A stretch of DNA of 64,000 nt from an uncultured bacterium (GTDB taxonomy: Bacteria > Zhuqueibacterota > QNDG01 > DTFT01). The stretch lies in NCBI GenBank assembly GCA_963736115.1, contig CAVTNR010000001.1:65479-129478 (forward strand). Reading direction: 5' to 3'. The notes beneath the pieces were generated by a model, which worked only from the letters and a program-made list of their open reading frames with translations, made no database searches and was not told where the DNA came from. Made by a program: the position numbers and the translations under genes. The stretch's first letter is position 1, and each line of letters starts with the position of its first letter. Shown piece by piece: positions 59,685-64,000 of this stretch.

Positions 59685-61208
59685 ATGCACCCATTCCGGA
59701 TGCTCATCATGGTTCTGATGGCCGCGCCTTTTCTGCGTGCCTCGGTTTTTGTGACGGCCCCGGACGGCGATGATGCAAATCCCGGGACATTCGACCGTCC
59801 ATTCGGAACGTTGGCCAGAGCCGTGGACGCGGCGCTTCCCGGAGACACCGTGTATGTTCGCGGGGGGCAGTGGATTCTACCCGATGCCATCCGCATTTCC
59901 GCTTCCCGGAGCGGCGTTGCGGACCGTACGGTCCGGTTTTCCGCCTTTCCGGGTGAGAGGCCGCTCCTGGATTTTTCTTCCAGCCCCCTGGGGAAGAAAG
60001 GTATCCTGCTTCAGGCTTCACACTGGCGCATCACGGGGCTGGATATCCGGGGCGCGGGTGACAACGGCATGGAGATCGACGGCGGGTCGCATAACATCGT
60101 TGAACATTGCGCTTTCTTCGAGAACCGCGACACCGGACTCCAGCTGAGCCGCGGCGCCTCGGACAACCGGATCATTCGCTGTGATTCCTACAGGAATGCG
60201 GACCCGCCCGATTACGGAGACGCGGACGGATTCGCGCCCAAGCTGGCCGTCGGAACCGGCAATGTTTTCACCGCCTGCCGCGCGTGGGAAAACTGCGACG
60301 ACGGATGGGACGGGTATCTCCGAGGCGCGGACGGCGTGACCACGGTACTGGACTCCTGCTGGACCTGGCGGAATGGTTTTCTGGCCGACGGCACGGATCC
60401 GGGATCCCAGGCCAACGGAAACGGATTCAAAACGGGCGGCGGAGACGACGGCAACGCGTCTCGCCTCATGCATCACGTCATCCTGAACCGCTGTATTGCC
60501 TTTGACAACAAGGCCAAGGGATTCGACCAGAACCACAACCGCGGAACCATGACGCTCCGGCATTGCTCGGGATACAGGAACCGGGCGGCCAATTACAGCT
60601 TCTTCGAGGCCGTCAACGAGGGTCAGTCCGTATCGGTCCGGAACGGCCTTTCCTTCGCCGGCTCCGTGAGTCTGGCCGGTACCGTCGAACAGGGCCCCGC
60701 CAGCTGGCAAAGTCCGTTTCACGTGGGCGAGGAAGACTTCGTCACACTGGACACCGCAGGCGTGTCCGGGCCCAGGGGCGAGGACGGCGCGCTTCCGGTT
60801 CTTGATTTTCTCAGGCTCGCGGAGGGCAGTGATCTGGTCGACGGGGGGGAGGATATCGGAGAAATATTTTGGGGAACCGGCCCGGATCTGGGGGCTTTTG
60901 AGAGCCCCTTTGCCAGCGCTGCGCCGGACATGCGCATCCGGCCGGAAGGATTCGCCTTGGTTCCGGCGTTTCCGAATCCCTTCAACTGCCGCACCGTGCT
61001 CCGTTACCGGAACCCGGTTCCCTGCCGGGTGACCCTTACCGTCCTGGACGTGACCGGCAAGCGTGTCGAGACACTCGTGGATGCAATTCTCGGACCGGGG
61101 ACGCACGAGACCGTATGGGACGCCGGAGTCCGGGCCAGCGGGGTTTATCTGATCCGGTTTTCGGTGAACGGATTCTCCGAAACGCGTAAAATTCTTCTGC
61201 AGAAATAG
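59685..61208 (+). CDS. Polysaccharide lyase family 9 (pectate lyase-like) with C-terminal sorting domain
   Basis: PL9 motifs DADGFAPKL, NCDDGWD and NGNGFKTGG in beta-helix repeats; CTD PAFPNPFN..SGVYLIR. Confidence 0.9.
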   Translation: MHPFRMLIMVLMAAPFLRASVFVTAPDGDDANPGTFDRPFGTLARAVDAALPGDTVYVRGGQWILPDAIRISASRSGVADRTVRFSAFPGERPLLDFSSSPLGKKGILLQASHWRITGLDIRGAGDNGMEIDGGSHNIVEHCAFFENRDTGLQLSRGASDNRIIRCDSYRNADPPDYGDADGFAPKLAVGTGNVFTACRAWENCDDGWDGYLRGADGVTTVLDSCWTWRNGFLADGTDPGSQANGNGFKTGGGDDGNASRLMHHVILNRCIAFDNKAKGFDQNHNRGTMTLRHCSGYRNRAANYSFFEAVNEGQSVSVRNGLSFAGSVSLAGTVEQGPASWQSPFHVGEEDFVTLDTAGVSGPRGEDGALPVLDFLRLAEGSDLVDGGEDIGEIFWGTGPDLGAFESPFASAAPDMRIRPEGFALVPAFPNPFNCRTVLRYRNPVPCRVTLTVLDVTGKRVETLVDAILGPGTHETVWDAGVRASGVYLIRFSVNGFSETRKILLQK

Positions 61209-61232
61209 AGTTCAAAGCCCGGGAATAGTTCA

Positions 61233-61775
61233 ATGTTCAAAGTTCAAAGAAAAAAAAGTCGGATTATCGTAATCGCCTGGATCCTCGTCCTGCTCCTCGG
61301 TTTCCGGCCGGCCATTGGGCAGTTCAAAACCCGCCTGCCCACGGGATGGCAGGTGACGGAAAAGAGCGATTATACGGACGAGGACGTCCGGTTTTTCAAC
61401 GGCGCTTTGCCGAATGTGGCCCATGGAGATTTCGACGGCGACAACCGCAGGGACCATGCCTTCATCCTGATACAGAAGGAAGAGTTCAAATGCGGGCTGT
61501 TCGTCCTGCCGGGTTCCGGCGGGCAGACACTCAAGCTTCAGGAAATACCGCTCTCCCGGAGGGATGGAAAAATCCACGCGGGATTGTCGCCCGTCAAACC
61601 CGGAAAGTACCGGACCGCATGCGGCAGGGGGTTCTGGGAGTGCGGTCCGGGCGAACCCCCGGAACTGGAGCTGACCCGGACCGGCGTCTATTTCTTTTTT
61701 TTTGAAGGCCACAGTTCGATTTTCTACTGGAACGAGAACGGCCGGTGTTACAGCCGCGTCTCTCTGTCCGACTGA
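61233..61775 (+). CDS. Secreted hypothetical protein
   Basis: Signal peptide-like N-terminus and a Ca-binding-like motif GDFDGDNRRDHA. Confidence 0.7.
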   Translation: MFKVQRKKSRIIVIAWILVLLLGFRPAIGQFKTRLPTGWQVTEKSDYTDEDVRFFNGALPNVAHGDFDGDNRRDHAFILIQKEEFKCGLFVLPGSGGQTLKLQEIPLSRRDGKIHAGLSPVKPGKYRTACGRGFWECGPGEPPELELTRTGVYFFFFEGHSSIFYWNENGRCYSRVSLSD

Positions 61776-61898
61776 CGCGACTTCCCGGAACCTTTCAACG
61801 GTCCCTTCATCCACCCATTACAGGACGGAACAATCATTGAACACCCATAAGGTGCTACCAGGCCGCGAAGAGCCGGTCTGTTTCCGGATAACGACCGT

Positions 61899-62879
61899 AT
61901 GACGCAACTCATCCCCCATCAGCGAGCGGTGGGCCGCCTGCTCCGAATCACGTGGCATTACCGGTTCAGCCGCAGGACGGAAGTTCCCTACGCCCCGTAC
62001 CGGCTCTGGATCGAACCCACCAACCGCTGCAATCTCGAATGCGTGATGTGCCCGAACAAACGGCAGGCCGATGCGGATCTGGGATTCATGGAGACCGGCC
62101 TTTTCCGCTCCGTGATCGACCAGGCCGCGGGATCGGTGCACGATGTCAATCTCCATCACCGGGGTGAACCGACGCTTCATCCGGAGCTGGAGGAGATGAT
62201 CCGTTACGCGGACGAAAAGGGAATCAAGGTCAAACTGCATACCAATGGGACCGCTCTGACGGAACAGCGGTCCGATGCGCTCATCCGCTCCGGTCTCCGG
62301 CTCATCTCGTTTTCATTCGACGGGTATGATGCGGAGACCTACGAATCCGTCCGTGTCGGGGCGCGGTACGAGGCGACGCTGGAGAAGATTCTCCGATTCC
62401 TGGAATTGAAACGCAAGTTCGGGGCCCGCGGCCCGCGCACCGTGGTGGAAGTCATGGAGATCGCTGGACGCGCGCCGGACCCGGCGGCCAAGGCCCGTTT
62501 CGCCGATTCCCTGGCCGCGGCGGGGCTCGACCGGCTGATCATCAAGAAACCGCACAACTGGGCCGGGAACGTGGACATGGGCAAACCCGTGCCGGACGCA
62601 TTCTCGGCCTGCACCTTTCCCTGGCACGCGCTGGTCGTTCTGTGGGACGGCCGCGTCGGGTCCTGCCCGCATGATTTTTTTGCGAAAATCATATACGGAG
62701 ACGTTCGGAACGCGCCGCTCCGGGAAATCTTCAACAGTCCGCGGATCCGCGATTTGCGCGCGTCCATGCGCGAAGGCCGTTTCGAAGCCCTGTCCGAGCC
62801 GTGCCGCTCCTGCGATTCCGTGCGGCGAAAGAGAGCGGGCGGAATTCCGTTATCCAGTCTGAAATTTTTGAGGGACTGA
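61899..62879 (+). CDS. Radical SAM protein with SPASM/twitch domain
   Basis: CxxxCxxC motif CNLECVMC, plus GEPTLHP and TNGT; C-terminal CTFPW..CPHD..CRSC. Confidence 0.93.
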   Translation: MTQLIPHQRAVGRLLRITWHYRFSRRTEVPYAPYRLWIEPTNRCNLECVMCPNKRQADADLGFMETGLFRSVIDQAAGSVHDVNLHHRGEPTLHPELEEMIRYADEKGIKVKLHTNGTALTEQRSDALIRSGLRLISFSFDGYDAETYESVRVGARYEATLEKILRFLELKRKFGARGPRTVVEVMEIAGRAPDPAAKARFADSLAAAGLDRLIIKKPHNWAGNVDMGKPVPDAFSACTFPWHALVVLWDGRVGSCPHDFFAKIIYGDVRNAPLREIFNSPRIRDLRASMREGRFEALSEPCRSCDSVRRKRAGGIPLSSLKFLRD

Positions 62880-62884
62880 GCAAG

Positions 62885-62988
62885 AGTTTCGCGTTCCGGG
62901 TTTCGAGTTCCGAGTTAAAAAATGATATAGGTTCGGAGGGGATCCAAGTTGGATATAACCCGGAACTCTGAACTCTGAACACGGAACC
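62885..62988. repeat. Inverted heptamer-repeat element
   Basis: AGTTTCG CGTTCCG GGTTTCG AGTTCCG faces AACCCGG AACTCTG AACTCTG AACACGG. Confidence 0.75.
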
Positions 62989-63026
62989 GCTTAATGGTCC
63001 AATTGTCAACTCACATGAGGCAATTC

Positions 63027-64000
63027 ATGAAAAGAACTTACTTGCATGCGATGCTTCTGATTATTCCACTTCTTGCTGCCGCCTGCGCCGGCCGCGGGCC
63101 GGAAATTCCGGCGGACGGAAAATGGGAAGGCTGCATGCTCGGCATGTTCACGGCCGAAGGCGAGGCGCGTTTTCCGGAGCACGGGGAGTCCGGCATACGC
63201 TCTTTCGAAAAGCTGATCGGCAAGCCCGTCGGGAGTGTCATGTGGTACTGCACCTGGGACGACGCCTTTCCCGCGGCCGCGTGTGAGACCGCCCGGGGTC
63301 TCGGCTGCATCCCCCACGTCACCTGGGAGCTTTTCCGCCCTTCAGTGAATTCGAACAATACCAGGCCCGTAGACTCGCCGTCCGAAACGGGGCTTGACGA
63401 CGTGCTGGCCGGAAAGAGCGACGCGGTCATCGATTCCTTTGCGGCCGGTGCCCGCCGGTGGGGTGGACCGGTTTTGATCCGCTTCCTGCATGAATTCAAT
63501 GGAAATTGGTACATCTGGGGAGGACTCAAGAACGGCGGCTCGGACGGCGGTCCCGCGAAAGTTGCGGCGGTCTGGCGCTACACAGTGGACCGGTTCCGCA
63601 GAGCCGGCGCCCGGAACGTCCGCTGGGTTTGGTGCCCGCACGGCCCCAGCATCGATCTCACCCCGGACCCCTGGAACCGGATCGAAAATTACTGGCCGGG
63701 CGACGGATATGTCGACTGGATCGGACTGGATGCCTACAACTGGTACCCGCGGGATCCCTGGGGAAGCGACCGGCCGTACGACGACTTTCAGTCCTGTTTC
63801 GGGGACCTGGTGCGCGACTGCGCCCGGTTGGGCGACCAGCCCATGATGATCGCGGAGTTCGCGTCCGGAGAATTCCAAATGGACAGCCGTACAAAGGCGG
63901 ACTGGATACGCGACGCCTTCGTCCGGCTGAAGCGGGATTATCCGAGGATCAAAATCGTCACCTGGTTCCACATCAATAAGGAGCTGGACTGGCGGTTGAA
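63027..64000 (+). CDS. GH26 glycoside hydrolase (beta-mannanase-like) lipoprotein, 3' truncated
   Basis: Absent from the ORF track because it has no stop in the window. My translation from ATG 63027 gives lipobox LAAAC, RFLHEFNGNWYIWG, YWPGDGYVDWIGLDAYN and PMMIAEF. Confidence 0.9.
   Translation, partial: MKRTYLHAMLLIIPLLAAACAGRGPEIPADGKWEGCMLGMFTAEGEARFPEHGESGIRSFEKLIGKPVGSVMWYCTWDDAFPAAACETARGLGCIPHVTWELFRPSVNSNNTRPVDSPSETGLDDVLAGKSDAVIDSFAAGARRWGGPVLIRFLHEFNGNWYIWGGLKNGGSDGGPAKVAAVWRYTVDRFRRAGARNVRWVWCPHGPSIDLTPDPWNRIENYWPGDGYVDWIGLDAYNWYPRDPWGSDRPYDDFQSCFGDLVRDCARLGDQPMMIAEFASGEFQMDSRTKADWIRDAFVRLKRDYPRIKIVTWFHINKELDWRL

Overview
GC-rich bacterial DNA. The NPFN-type C-terminal sorting domains and many glycoside hydrolases suggest an FCB-group organism such as KSB1 (inference only). 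Bases ~1.4-34.4 kb form an accessory locus bracketed by two proteins with C-terminal RyR repeats: a PfkB-like/AAA/RyR protein and a RelA/SpoT-TPR-SLOG-RyR protein. Inside it is a tightly coupled minus-strand operon (22489->6052) encoding an HPD-less J-like protein, a GrpE-like protein, Hsp70, a pseudokinase-TPR, a membrane TPR protein, a 75-aa protein, a TPR/helical-repeat protein, an M48 peptidase, a TIR-Ig-propeller protein and a ~1440-aa TPR protein, followed by a second Hsp70 paralogue. Upstream lies an operon with ClpB-like and MoxR-like AAA proteins (both with degenerate Walker B), a vWA protein and an unknown protein. A sigma54 activator, Nudix hydrolase and alarmone synthetase are transcribed divergently from it. 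This looks like a chaperone-based conflict or defence system I cannot match to a named one. The rest of the window is mostly ordinary: a PKD/LysM-FecR/two-component cluster, purU, CAZymes (GH3, GH51, GH2, PL9, GH26), transporters, a polyamine operon with a structured leader, and a radical SAM enzyme. Several single-base frameshifts are present and may be sequencing errors. I found no rRNA, tRNA, CRISPR array or integrase. All domain calls come from reading motifs by eye, not from database searches.
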